From a virus (taxonomy: Duplodnaviria; Caudoviricetes), in the IMG/VR virus record IMGVR_UViG_3300030419_006697, positions 1 through 63,851 of that record: a stretch of 63,851 nt of DNA; one strand, given 5' to 3'. Within the stretch, counting starts at the first letter, position 1, and each line of letters begins with the position of its first letter. Below the pieces are notes generated by a model that worked only from the letters and a program-made list of their open reading frames with translations, did no database searches and was not told the origin of the DNA. Below are positions 51,206-61,186 of this stretch, piece after piece. The translations under genes and the position numbers were made by a program.

Positions 51206-53002
51206 ATGTCTATTTTACAAAAACTTACAGAGGGTGTCGTAAATCGCGACATGCGTAAGGAAGGTGCTGCTCTCCTCGATAAGTGGGAGAAGACAGGTCT
51301 TCTTGAGGGCCTCAATAGCGATTCAGCCAAGAATGGTATGGCTCGTCTACTTGAGAACCAAGCAAAGCAGCTTCTTAAAGAGGCAGCTTCAACAATGGCT
51401 GGTGGAGACGTTGAAGGTTTCGCCGCCGTTGCATTCCCAATCGTTCGCCGTGTTTTCGGTGGTCTTATCGCCAACGATCTCGTCAGCGTTCAACCAATGA
51501 GTCTACCTAGTGGTCTCATTTTCTTCCTAGACTTCACATTTGGTGGTACCGGTACTGGTGCCAACAATGAGAATCCTCGTCTGGGCTTTGCCAATGATAC
51601 TTCCTTGTATGGTGGTGGCAAAGTTGGTTCAGAGATCACCGGAGGTGTCAATCTTAGTGGTGATGAGGGTACCGCCGGCGGCCAGTTTTATAACTTGACC
51701 AATGGTTATGCATCTCCAACCGGTTCAGCAGCGTCTTCAGCTGTTACAGTTAGAATGTCTGGTACTCTTGGTGATAACGGTACAGTTGCCAATAACGGTA
51801 GTACTCCACTCCCAGGTCATGATTCTGGTTATCTAGATGTTGGCGAAGATGGTATGAATTCCATTTTGAGATTTGATCCCGATCTGACTTCTGGATCAGC
51901 CTTTGCTGTTGCAGAATGGACTCCTAGCGATGCAAATCAATTCAATTATGACGATCTCGCATCGATTGCTCATAGCTCCAGTATGGACGGAACCACTTCT
52001 CCGATTACTCTAGTTCGACGCCTTAGTCAACTAAGTAAGAGTGTCGACGGCAGCACTACTAGCCAAACAATTATACGTCTAGTATTCGTTGGTACTGGTA
52101 GTGCAATTGCGGTTAAGGCCCAAACCCAGCTCGGTACCCTTTCTTGGGCCCAAACTGACGACATCGCCGCCGCAAGCGCTACTGGTGCAGTTGTCGGTCA
52201 AGACACTTGGGGTCTAGAGAATAATACCGAAATTCCCGAGATTAACCTCAAAGTCGATTCTGTAAGCGTCACAGCAATGACCAAGAAGCTCAAGGCTAAG
52301 TGGACTCCAGAACTCGGTCAAGACCTTAACGCATACCACAACTTGGATGCAGAGGTTGAGCTTACTTCGCTTCTCTCCGAGCAGATTGCTCTAGAGATTG
52401 ACCGTGAGATTCTTGAGGATCTCGTAAAGGGCGCCACTGCCGGAACTTATTACTGGTCACGTAGTCCTGGTCTATTCGTAAATAAGACAACTGGCGCCGA
52501 AGTTGGTGCTTCCGCAAAAGCTCCTGACTTCACTGGTACTGTTTCTGAATGGTATGAGACTCTTGGTGAGACCATTAACGACGTATCGGCACAGGTCCAC
52601 AGAAAGACACTTCGTGGTGGTGCCAACTTCATCGTTACTTCACCAGAGGTTGCCAACATTCTTGAGTTCACTGCCGGTTTCCGCGCCAACGTAACTGTTG
52701 ACGATGCAAAGGGAACTGCTGGTACTCACCAGGTTGGTACTCTTAGCAAGCGTTACGATGTCTATGTTGATCCTTACTTCCCACGTAACCTAGTTCTCGT
52801 TGGACGTAAAGGTAACAGCTTCCTAGAGAGCGGTTATGTATACGCTCCTTACGTACCACTACAGGTCACTCCCACCATCTTTGGTGTCGAGGACTTCGTA
52901 CCACGTAAGGGTGTCATGACCCGCTACGCCAAGAAGATGGTCCGTCCTGATATGTACGGTCTCGTCGTCGTGCGTGGTCTTCTAGGTGAGAGTGGCGAGT
53001 AA
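51206..53002 (+). CDS. Major capsid protein (T4 gp23-like)
   Basis: AFPIVRRVFGGLIANDLVSVQPMSLPSGLIFFLD, KLKAKWTPELGQDLNAYH, EIDREIL, YAPYVPL, KGVMTRYA. Confidence 0.97.
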   Translation: MSILQKLTEGVVNRDMRKEGAALLDKWEKTGLLEGLNSDSAKNGMARLLENQAKQLLKEAASTMAGGDVEGFAAVAFPIVRRVFGGLIANDLVSVQPMSLPSGLIFFLDFTFGGTGTGANNENPRLGFANDTSLYGGGKVGSEITGGVNLSGDEGTAGGQFYNLTNGYASPTGSAASSAVTVRMSGTLGDNGTVANNGSTPLPGHDSGYLDVGEDGMNSILRFDPDLTSGSAFAVAEWTPSDANQFNYDDLASIAHSSSMDGTTSPITLVRRLSQLSKSVDGSTTSQTIIRLVFVGTGSAIAVKAQTQLGTLSWAQTDDIAAASATGAVVGQDTWGLENNTEIPEINLKVDSVSVTAMTKKLKAKWTPELGQDLNAYHNLDAEVELTSLLSEQIALEIDREILEDLVKGATAGTYYWSRSPGLFVNKTTGAEVGASAKAPDFTGTVSEWYETLGETINDVSAQVHRKTLRGGANFIVTSPEVANILEFTAGFRANVTVDDAKGTAGTHQVGTLSKRYDVYVDPYFPRNLVLVGRKGNSFLESGYVYAPYVPLQVTPTIFGVEDFVPRKGVMTRYAKKMVRPDMYGLVVVRGLLGESGE

Positions 53003-53026
53003 GCCAACTGACTTAGAGTAAATCAT

Positions 53027-53061
53027 AACCCCGTGCTTCTTATGAGGTGCGGGGTTTTTTT
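53027..53061 (+). terminator. Intrinsic terminator after capsid gene
   Basis: AACCCCGTGCTTC-TTAT-GAGGTGCGGGGTT stem (G-U pairs) followed by a T run. Confidence 0.85.
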
Positions 53062-53105
53062 ATATCTAAAAACTAATTACTATACCTATTGAGGAGGAAT
53101 ATATA

Positions 53106-53321
53106 ATGGGCAAATCATACACTAGATGGAAACGTCGTCAAGAAAAAGCTGCAGCTACTGATACCACAACTACAGCTACTGATACAACTACCGATACAGC
53201 TACAACTACTGCAACACCAGTTGTTGAAGATGTTCCAATAACCATAGCTGCAAAGCCAACTACAAAAAAGAAGACAACCACCAAAAAGAAGTCAACTTGG
53301 TCTAGAAAGAAAAGCAACTAA
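53106..53321 (+). CDS. Small Thr-rich/Lys-rich low-complexity protein
   Basis: GAGGAGG RBS and ACTAATTA upstream; ATDTTT repeats flanked by basic ends. Confidence 0.7.
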   Translation: MGKSYTRWKRRQEKAAATDTTTTATDTTTDTATTTATPVVEDVPITIAAKPTTKKKTTTKKKSTWSRKKSN

Positions 53322-53370
53322 TATGCCGTTTATTGTTCCCTCAACTAATTACTAGGAGGAGAACTGTTGA

Positions 53371-54633
53371 ATGTCTTATCCTACTTTAACGCCAGTATCG
53401 CAAACAAGCGCCATTGTTTTGCCTACGGGCAGCGATCCAGGTATTGCTGAAGCGTCCCCTTTTCCATTTAGTGTATACACCACTGATCGATATTTCCTAT
53501 CAGGCGCAGCAGACCAAGTACAATATACTTATAGAAAACTTGGTGGTGATGTATTAGACATTGAACTTACAAAAGAGCAGGTATTTGCTGCATATCAAGA
53601 GTCTGTTTTAGAATACTCATATCTTCTTAATATTCATCAAGCAAAGAACTCTATTAGTGATCTTTTGGGCGCCAAAACGGGCTCTTTTAATGAAGAAGGA
53701 CAATTGCAGGATACAACTGATTTAGAAGATGTAGCCTTAAAATTTCCCAAATTTAAGTTTGAATATGCTCGCCGTGTTGCGCACGGATATACAACAGAAG
53801 CTGGTCTTGGAGGAACAGTTCCTATATATTCTGCTAGTTTTACAACGTCAACAGACAAGCAAGACTATGATTTACAAAGTATCATATCGTCATCAGCAGC
53901 AGACGATACAGATGCCCTATATTACAACAAAATTGGAGACAGCAGAGTAAATATTACAAAAGTTTATTATAAAACACCACAAGCAATGTGGAGATTTTAT
54001 GGATATTACGGTGGCTTGAACACAGTAGGCGATTTGGCTAGTTATGGCCAATATTCCGATGATAGCACATTTCAATTGATTCCAACTTGGCAGAATAAAG
54101 CACAAGCGATGGCTTTTGAGGATGCAATATATACTAGAAATAGTCATTATAGCTTTGAAATAAAAAACAATCGATTAAGAATATTCCCTAAAACAGTAAA
54201 CGTTAGCCCAAAAACAATGTGGGTTGAATTTTTTATAGATAGCAATACTCCTTGGAAAGAGGATAGCAATATAGATAATGGTGTAAATGGAATTAACAAC
54301 ATCAACTCGTTGCCATTTGAAAACATACCCTATCAGAAAATCAATTCAATCGGAAAGCAATGGATAAGACGCTTTGCGCTTTCTTTATGTAAAGAAATGT
54401 TAGGCAATATTAGATCTAAATTTACAACTATTCCCATTCCCGGTGATAGTGTAACTCTAGACGGTCCCGCTCTTTTAAGCCAAGGGCAAACTGAACAAGA
54501 CAAGCTTCGTGAAGAATTAAAAACCATTTTTGATGAATTGACATATAGTAAAATAGCTGCGGGCGACGTTGAGCTTTCTGATGCCGTTAACAACGTCCAA
54601 AAACGCATACCTATGCTCATATTTACAGGATAA
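53371..54633 (+). CDS. Neck/head-tail adaptor protein (T4 gp13-like)
   Basis: LGGDVLDIELT.EQ N-terminal and WIRRFALSLCKEMLGNIRSKF...PG..VTLDG C-terminal motifs. Confidence 0.82.
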   Translation: MSYPTLTPVSQTSAIVLPTGSDPGIAEASPFPFSVYTTDRYFLSGAADQVQYTYRKLGGDVLDIELTKEQVFAAYQESVLEYSYLLNIHQAKNSISDLLGAKTGSFNEEGQLQDTTDLEDVALKFPKFKFEYARRVAHGYTTEAGLGGTVPIYSASFTTSTDKQDYDLQSIISSSAADDTDALYYNKIGDSRVNITKVYYKTPQAMWRFYGYYGGLNTVGDLASYGQYSDDSTFQLIPTWQNKAQAMAFEDAIYTRNSHYSFEIKNNRLRIFPKTVNVSPKTMWVEFFIDSNTPWKEDSNIDNGVNGINNINSLPFENIPYQKINSIGKQWIRRFALSLCKEMLGNIRSKFTTIPIPGDSVTLDGPALLSQGQTEQDKLREELKTIFDELTYSKIAAGDVELSDAVNNVQKRIPMLIFTG

Positions 54634-54640
54634 ATGATGA

Positions 54641-55132
54641 ATGTCTGATAACAACGAATGGTCACAGCCACCACAACCACCACCACCGCTGTTTTTGGGA
54701 GAAAAAGAACGTGATCTCGTTAAGCAAGTCAATGATGAACTTATTGAGAGAGTAATTGGACAAGGTATATTCTATTACCCTATCAGCGTAGAGCATACTA
54801 ATTTTCATCCAATTTATGGTGAAGCATTAAAGAAAACATTTTTACCCCCAGTACGAGTATATGCATTGGTAATGTGGGAAGGTTTTGTCACTGAAACAAC
54901 AAATTTAGGAATTGATAGAAGACCTTCTGTATTGATTCATTTTCACAAAAGAAGACTAACAGAGGATCAAGACCTTTTTGTAAGAGAAGGTGATTTCGTT
55001 AAATATGGCGATACTTATTACGAAATAGTACAACTTAATGAACCAAAACAAATATTTGGCCAAGTGGATCATAAGATGGAAGTAGAAGCAAAATGCATTA
55101 AAGCGCGTAAGGGAGTTTTTGATGCCAAGTGA
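54641..55132 (+). CDS. Neck/head-closure protein (T4 gp14-like)
   Basis: YGEAL.K.F...., REGDFV.....YEIV pattern; follows gp13-like gene. Confidence 0.72.
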   Translation: MSDNNEWSQPPQPPPPLFLGEKERDLVKQVNDELIERVIGQGIFYYPISVEHTNFHPIYGEALKKTFLPPVRVYALVMWEGFVTETTNLGIDRRPSVLIHFHKRRLTEDQDLFVREGDFVKYGDTYYEIVQLNEPKQIFGQVDHKMEVEAKCIKARKGVFDAK

Positions 55133-56021
55133 TGATCAATACAGGGGTGTTAAAAATGCCAAGCAAAACATAAAGTCAGAAGAAATACAACCTTCAACTT
55201 TAGAAACCATTGATATGGCGTTTTACGATTTCGTCAATGATAAAATGAACAATCACGCTTCAGATAATGATGGATGGGCAAAAACGCCTGTTATATGGAC
55301 ATCAGCAGAAAGATCTTTTTTGATTAAAAATGATAAAGATTTACACGATTCAGATGGCACTTTGGTTTATCCTTTAATATCAATTGAGCGAACTTCTATG
55401 CAAAAGAGCTTAACCAGAAAAGGTCAATATTTCGGCTTGTCAGGGGACTTATTAGAGGATAATCGCTTTGGCCGGATTACGTTGGCCAGAAGGATAGTCA
55501 AGGATAAGACAAATAACTATAGTGTTGCGGACAATAGGAAAATATATGCATCTGTTAAAAAAACCCCAAGACAGCAAAGTTATTATCCAAAAAAAGAAAA
55601 CAAAAAAGTAGTATACGAAACTTTAAGTATGCCAATGCCCATTTATATAGATATGACATATTCAGTTTCAATACGAACTGAATATGTACAACAAATGAAT
55701 CAACTTTTGGCACCATTTATCACTCTTGGTGGCGGAATAAGCTATTTTGTTATCAAGAAAGATGGTCACAGATACGAAACATTTTTAAAAGAAGACTTAT
55801 CTCAAGACAATAACATTTCAAATATGGGAACAAACGAAAGAACATATGTGACTAATTTAACCTTTGAAGTTTTAGGATATATTATTGGCGAGGCTCCAAA
55901 TGGAGAGAGGCCACGTTTGATCAAAAGAGAGAGCGCTGTAGAGGTTAAAATAGGCAGAGAGCATACAATATTGGGTGATATACCTGATTACGGTGATGGC
56001 AAATCTAATTATAGAGACTAA
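55119..56021 (+). CDS. Tail terminator/sheath stabiliser (T4 gp15-like)
   Basis: YPLISIER, P.PIYIDMTYSVSIRT...QMNQL, LTFEVLGYI; position before sheath. Confidence 0.72.
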   Translation: MMPSDDQYRGVKNAKQNIKSEEIQPSTLETIDMAFYDFVNDKMNNHASDNDGWAKTPVIWTSAERSFLIKNDKDLHDSDGTLVYPLISIERTSMQKSLTRKGQYFGLSGDLLEDNRFGRITLARRIVKDKTNNYSVADNRKIYASVKKTPRQQSYYPKKENKKVVYETLSMPMPIYIDMTYSVSIRTEYVQQMNQLLAPFITLGGGISYFVIKKDGHRYETFLKEDLSQDNNISNMGTNERTYVTNLTFEVLGYIIGEAPNGERPRLIKRESAVEVKIGREHTILGDIPDYGDGKSNYRD

Positions 56022-56101
56022 ACAAGGATTTTGCCTAAATGATTTACTAATTAATAGAGAAACTTACTCATTATAACGTTTCGAGAAAGGAGAGTAATAA
56101 G

Positions 56102-59011
56102 ATGCCAGCAAAAGATTTTAAATTTATTTCCCCTGGAGTATTTGTCAATGAGATCGATAATTCTCAATTACCAGCCACTCCAGAAGGCGTTGGACCAGTC
56201 ATTATCGGTCGCGCCGAGCGTGGCCCAGGGCTTATCCCAACACAAGTTGAGTCATTTTCTGAATTTGTGCAATTATTTGGTAATCCAACGCCTGGTGGCC
56301 AAGGAGGAGATATTTCTAGAACTGGAAACTCTTTAGGTCCAACATACGGCGCATACGCTGCACAAGCTTGGCTAAGAAATAACTCTCCTGTTACATATGT
56401 GCGTTTGGTAGGCAGGCAGAATTCAGCTGCTACTAGTGGGGATGCCAAAGGTTTTGCTGGCTGGGACACTCTTCGCACTGATCCTGATAACGGCGCTACA
56501 CAAGGTGGTGCATATGGTCTTTTCGTGTTTCAGTCCGGATCCGGCACATCTCAATCCGCGCAGCTAGCAGCTATATGGTATGTTCAAACCGGGTCGGTTG
56601 CCCTTTCTGGTACTTCTTACAGCGCCTCGGCTGGTGGTGTTCTTGCCGCAGCTTCCGACGAGGAGCACGCCAAAGGTTCATCAATTTATTTTGGCGCCAC
56701 TGGCGATAAAGAATTTAAAGCAATTGTCACTAGTGCTAGTCCATATGATGCTGGTGAGATTATTGACACTAAATTCAATTTTGATTCGACTTCCGAAAAC
56801 TTCATTAGAAAAGTTTTCAATACAAACCCAGTATTAACCAATACTGATATTAGTGCTACTGGCTCTAACTATTGGCTTGGAGAAACGTTTGAGGATGAGG
56901 TTAATAACCTTTTAGGATCAGGCCCAGCCAATCAATACGGCGTCTTGCTTCCGCTATTTTCTGGCACCATTCCAGGCGGCAGTTTCAGAAGAGACTTTAG
57001 CGATCCTCGCACTGGTTGGTTTGTTTCACAAGATCTTTCTACAAATACAGGCTCTTTTGATGCGGCCACACAAACAAAGCTTTTCCGCTTGGTAGCTAAA
57101 AACACAGGCCGATGGGCCTCTAGAAATCTTAAAGTCTCCATTCAGGATATTCGAGCATCAAGCGATCCAGCAAATGCTTACGGCTCTTTCACTGTTGCAG
57201 TCCGCTCAATGGGCGATACTGACAATAGACCACGAATACTAGAGCAATTTAACAATTGCAATCTTAATCCGAATTCGGAAAACTACGTAGCTAGGAAAAT
57301 TGGTGATAAATTCCTAGAATGGGATGATACTGATCGTAGATATCGCTTATATGGAAACCATAACAGTAACTCCAACTATCTTTATGTAGATATGGCCACC
57401 AACGTTGATGAAGGTTTAACCAATCCAGAGTTTCTACCATTTGGTGTCTTTGGGCCACCAAGATTCAGTTCTTTTACGGATTACGAATCACCAGCTAACG
57501 TTGATACTTTGGTCACTGGAGCAACAAATTTCTTGGATGGTCAGTCTTTTGATGAAAGGGTTGTATCCGGTTCCACTAGCGTCACGGCCGTTACCCTTAA
57601 TTTCCCAAAACTTCGCTTAAGGGTGTCGGCTTCAGAAGGCAACCCAACTGATCTTCGCGATGTATGGTTCGGTGTTGATACAACTTTTAATCGCCAAGGT
57701 CGACCTTCTGAAACGATTGGAGATTATACCGGTCCAAAGCCACTTGGCGTAGATATGTTTGTAGCTGACAGCGAAGCAGGCACTGTGGATTCGTGGGTAT
57801 TTACACTGGACGATATGATGAATACCGATGCAATCAGTACTACAAATATTCTAACCGGTACAAATGTGTACGTATCTGGCTCCAGACAGTCGGATCCCAA
57901 AACAAGCGCCGGAAGCCTTCGCGCTGCAAACCCAAATCTTACATATGTTAACTCTTCAAGTTATAAAAACGTTTTGGACAATGGAGCAGATCAATTCACA
58001 ACAGTGCTCCATGGTGGGTATGACGGTCTAGATATCACAGAGTCTGAACCTTTCAGAAATGAATATATACTAGACGGCACAGAGATAACAAACTATGCAT
58101 TCAACTCTCTTAAAATTGCGATTGACTCTTTGAGAGATCCAGAAGTAGTTGAGTTTGATGTTGCTGCTATGCCTGGTATCACAAACAATGTTCTTAACAG
58201 AAATCTTGTTGATATGTGTGAGAATCGTGGCGATGCATTAGCAGTTATCGATCTTAAAGGTGGCTATGTGCCCGAAACAGAGAATACCCAGTCGGTGCAA
58301 GATCGTTTAGGTTCGGTTGCTTCAACGATAAACAACAAAAGACAAAGTTTGCAAATTAACTCAAGTTTTGGTTGCGCATACTACCCATGGGTACAAATTC
58401 AAGACACCATCAATGGAGCGCTTTTATGGGCACCACCTTCAGTAGCGGCTATCGGAGCAATGTCCTATGGCCAGGCGACACAAGAGTTGTGGTTTGCTCC
58501 AGCTGGTTTTACAAGAGGCGGCTTGTCAGTGAACAATGCTGCTGGTGTCCCGGTAGTCGGTGTTCGCGAACGATTGGTTTCGAAAGACCGCGATAAGCTC
58601 TACGAAGCAAACATTAACCCAATTGCGCAATTCCCAGCAGAAGGTATTGTAATCTTTGGCCAAAAGACGCTACAAGTTACTCCATCTGCTTTGGATAGAA
58701 TTAATGTCAGAAGATTGCTAATCTTTGTTAAACGACAAATTTCTAGAATTGCAGCAACATTGTTGTTTGACCAAAATGTTCAGAGCACTTGGAACCGCTT
58801 CCTTGGTAGAGCGGAGCCATTCCTAGCTTCAGTGCAAGCTGGTCTAGGATTAACTGACTATCGCATTATTCTGGATGAGTCAACAACAACTCCAGATTTG
58901 ATTGATAGAAACATTATGTATGCCAAAATTTTCCTTAAGCCGGCTCGCGCCATCGAGTTTATTGCGATTGATTTTGTAATTACAGATTCAGGAGCATCAT
59001 TTGAGGATTAA
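56102..59011 (+). CDS. Tail sheath protein (T4 gp18-like)
   Basis: FISPGVFVNEID N-terminus; YYPWV, WFAPAGFTRG, INPIAQF, FGQKTLQ, DRINVRRL, KPARAIEFIAIDF. Confidence 0.97.
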   Translation: MPAKDFKFISPGVFVNEIDNSQLPATPEGVGPVIIGRAERGPGLIPTQVESFSEFVQLFGNPTPGGQGGDISRTGNSLGPTYGAYAAQAWLRNNSPVTYVRLVGRQNSAATSGDAKGFAGWDTLRTDPDNGATQGGAYGLFVFQSGSGTSQSAQLAAIWYVQTGSVALSGTSYSASAGGVLAAASDEEHAKGSSIYFGATGDKEFKAIVTSASPYDAGEIIDTKFNFDSTSENFIRKVFNTNPVLTNTDISATGSNYWLGETFEDEVNNLLGSGPANQYGVLLPLFSGTIPGGSFRRDFSDPRTGWFVSQDLSTNTGSFDAATQTKLFRLVAKNTGRWASRNLKVSIQDIRASSDPANAYGSFTVAVRSMGDTDNRPRILEQFNNCNLNPNSENYVARKIGDKFLEWDDTDRRYRLYGNHNSNSNYLYVDMATNVDEGLTNPEFLPFGVFGPPRFSSFTDYESPANVDTLVTGATNFLDGQSFDERVVSGSTSVTAVTLNFPKLRLRVSASEGNPTDLRDVWFGVDTTFNRQGRPSETIGDYTGPKPLGVDMFVADSEAGTVDSWVFTLDDMMNTDAISTTNILTGTNVYVSGSRQSDPKTSAGSLRAANPNLTYVNSSSYKNVLDNGADQFTTVLHGGYDGLDITESEPFRNEYILDGTEITNYAFNSLKIAIDSLRDPEVVEFDVAAMPGITNNVLNRNLVDMCENRGDALAVIDLKGGYVPETENTQSVQDRLGSVASTINNKRQSLQINSSFGCAYYPWVQIQDTINGALLWAPPSVAAIGAMSYGQATQELWFAPAGFTRGGLSVNNAAGVPVVGVRERLVSKDRDKLYEANINPIAQFPAEGIVIFGQKTLQVTPSALDRINVRRLLIFVKRQISRIAATLLFDQNVQSTWNRFLGRAEPFLASVQAGLGLTDYRIILDESTTTPDLIDRNIMYAKIFLKPARAIEFIAIDFVITDSGASFED

Positions 59012-59056
59012 TATCAGGTTAGACTACTTATAAATAGAACAAAGGAGATTCAGTAG

Positions 59057-59614
59057 ATGGCATTTTGGAATAGTAACGCAGTGGAGCCTAAACGAGCTTT
59101 TAGGTTTTTAATGGATATCGGAGCAGCAGGCACAGACGTTTTAGCTTCATATTACGTTAAATCGGTTAAAAAGCCAAACTTTACTATGGATGGAGCACAA
59201 GAAGTTAGGTACATTGGACATACTTTTAAGTATCCCGGCCGCATTAAATGGGAAGATATCTCAATAACAGTTATCGATCCTGCTAGTCCAGACGCTACAG
59301 CCATCATGATGAATATATTAAGCAATTCTGGATACTCTATTCCTGTTAATGTCGGAGCTGCGGTTGAAACAATTTCCAAGGCCAAAGCAAATGCTGCAAT
59401 GGGGCAAATGAGAATACGACAAATTAATGATGTGGGTCAAGAAATCGAAGTTTGGACTCTTCATAATCCATTTTTTCAAGGCGTAGACTTTGGAGAGGTC
59501 AACTATGAAACTGATGATATAGTTTCTTATACACTTACAGTTACATATGACAATGCCACTCTAGGAAAAACTTCCACCACAGTCAACCCTGATGTAGCTT
59601 CAAAATCCACCTAA
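59057..59614 (+). CDS. Tail tube protein (T4 gp19-like)
   Basis: EPKRAFRF, YPGRIKWEDISIT, EVWTLHNPF...VDFGEVNY, LTVTYD; follows sheath. Confidence 0.88.
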   Translation: MAFWNSNAVEPKRAFRFLMDIGAAGTDVLASYYVKSVKKPNFTMDGAQEVRYIGHTFKYPGRIKWEDISITVIDPASPDATAIMMNILSNSGYSIPVNVGAAVETISKAKANAAMGQMRIRQINDVGQEIEVWTLHNPFFQGVDFGEVNYETDDIVSYTLTVTYDNATLGKTSTTVNPDVASKST

Positions 59615-59632
59615 AATACTATTTAATATAGT

Positions 59633-60295
59633 ATGACCTTTTGGAATTCAAATCGTGTAGAGCCTAAAAGAGATTTTCGATGGATAGGTTTAATCGAACT
59701 TAATTCCCCAGATGAGACTTCAAGCACCAATATTGATTTGTTTACAATATCTAGCTGGTCTGCTCCGGAATTAAATGTGGAAAAGAAAGAATGGATTCAT
59801 CCTTTATCCGGAATAAGAACAATTTTGCCCAGTGAAGCAAAATGGTCGGATATAGAAATTTCTATAGTTGATGTGGAACCACTTCTTGCTCCGATTAAAA
59901 ACATTCCAATAGTAGGAGAAGCGGCTCATCAGATTAGCAATCAAAATAATAGCGCAAAAATATATAAGTGGCTTGTGTCTAACGGATACGATCCAGATGG
60001 CGATATTAGAAAATTTGTGACACAAGCAAGTCAACCGGCCCTTTCAAATTTAACATTATTAAAGCTTGATTCTAATGGCGCCATTTATGAAGAATTTCTA
60101 TTTTTAGGCCCTAAACTTAATAAAGTGACTTTTGGCAATAAAATGGATTATAATTCAGATAATATAAGTATGGTTACATTGGGCTTTTCAGTCGAGTCGG
60201 TAGCTTATAATCTAATGGCGGATAAACCGGGTGCGCGACCGACTGGTATTACTGAAGCCATCAAAAAGAAAATAAAAAAACTATTTGGTTCTTGA
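59633..60295 (+). CDS. Second tail-tube-fold protein (tube paralogue/initiator)
   Basis: MTFWNSNRVEPKRDFRW vs MAFWNSNAVEPKRAFRF; KWSDIEISIVD; V.FG...DY.S motif. Confidence 0.72.
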   Translation: MTFWNSNRVEPKRDFRWIGLIELNSPDETSSTNIDLFTISSWSAPELNVEKKEWIHPLSGIRTILPSEAKWSDIEISIVDVEPLLAPIKNIPIVGEAAHQISNQNNSAKIYKWLVSNGYDPDGDIRKFVTQASQPALSNLTLLKLDSNGAIYEEFLFLGPKLNKVTFGNKMDYNSDNISMVTLGFSVESVAYNLMADKPGARPTGITEAIKKKIKKLFGS

Positions 60296-60349
60296 TTGAT
60301 AATTTAAAAAAGTTTCGAAATATATTATAATACACAAAATGGAGGAAAT

Positions 60350-61186
60350 ATGAGAAACAACCACAACAGGCTTGGGCTAGAAGATCCAACAAACAACCTT
60401 CAGTTAAATACGGATGTGCCACCAACGACTCAAGCAATGCAGTTTATTGTTCCAACAGAAATTGTTGAATTGCCAAGTAAGGGTCTTTTTTATGATGAAG
60501 GCCACCCGCTTCACGAAAAAGACACTGTTGAGATTAGACATATGACTACAAAAGAAGAAGATATTTTAATCAATCAAAGTTATATCAAAAATGGCATTGT
60601 AATTGATAAATTAATTCAATCAGTGTTGATAACTCCACAAGTTAACGTTAAGGATCTTCTTGTTGGGGACAAAAATGCCATTACAGTGGCTTGCCGAATA
60701 CACGGTTATGGCCCAGAATATGAGACAAAATACACTTGTCCATCGTGTAATAATTCTCAAACATATGTATTCGATTTGAATGAAGTAAGCAATAATGATT
60801 TTGCTTCATATTTAGAAGAATTTGATGCTCAAGTCGATTATGACAGGAAAACCATCACATTGCCCATCCCAAGAACTAACACAAAATTAGAGTTAAAAAT
60901 TCTTAAAGATGATGCTTCCTCAAAGAAAGCAAAAAAGAAAAATACTGGTACTATTACAAGGCAGTACGAAAAAATGATTTACTCTGTTAATGGGAATTCT
61001 GATAGACAATATGTAAAATCCTATATTGCTTCAATGTCGGCTTTAGACAGTCGATATCTCCGTGCTGCGTATGCCAAAATTGTTCCTTCTGTGGATTTTA
61101 CTTGTGATTTTGAATGTGAACAGTGTAGCTTTACAAGTGAAGTGGAGGTTCCGCTTAATGCGGACTTTTTTTGGCCTCAAGCCTGA
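60350..61186 (+). CDS. Baseplate hub/tail assembly chaperone (T4 gp26-like) with two CxxC motifs
   Basis: TEIVELPSKGLFY, MTTKEEDIL, LLVGDKNAI, CPSC, CEQC, terminal FFWP. Confidence 0.8.
   Translation: MRNNHNRLGLEDPTNNLQLNTDVPPTTQAMQFIVPTEIVELPSKGLFYDEGHPLHEKDTVEIRHMTTKEEDILINQSYIKNGIVIDKLIQSVLITPQVNVKDLLVGDKNAITVACRIHGYGPEYETKYTCPSCNNSQTYVFDLNEVSNNDFASYLEEFDAQVDYDRKTITLPIPRTNTKLELKILKDDASSKKAKKKNTGTITRQYEKMIYSVNGNSDRQYVKSYIASMSALDSRYLRAAYAKIVPSVDFTCDFECEQCSFTSEVEVPLNADFFWPQA

Noticed and set aside
60303-60331. Sigma70 promoter TTTAAA-N17-TATAAT before the gp26-like gene
   Set aside because: Weak -35 in an extremely AT-rich gap; could be chance.
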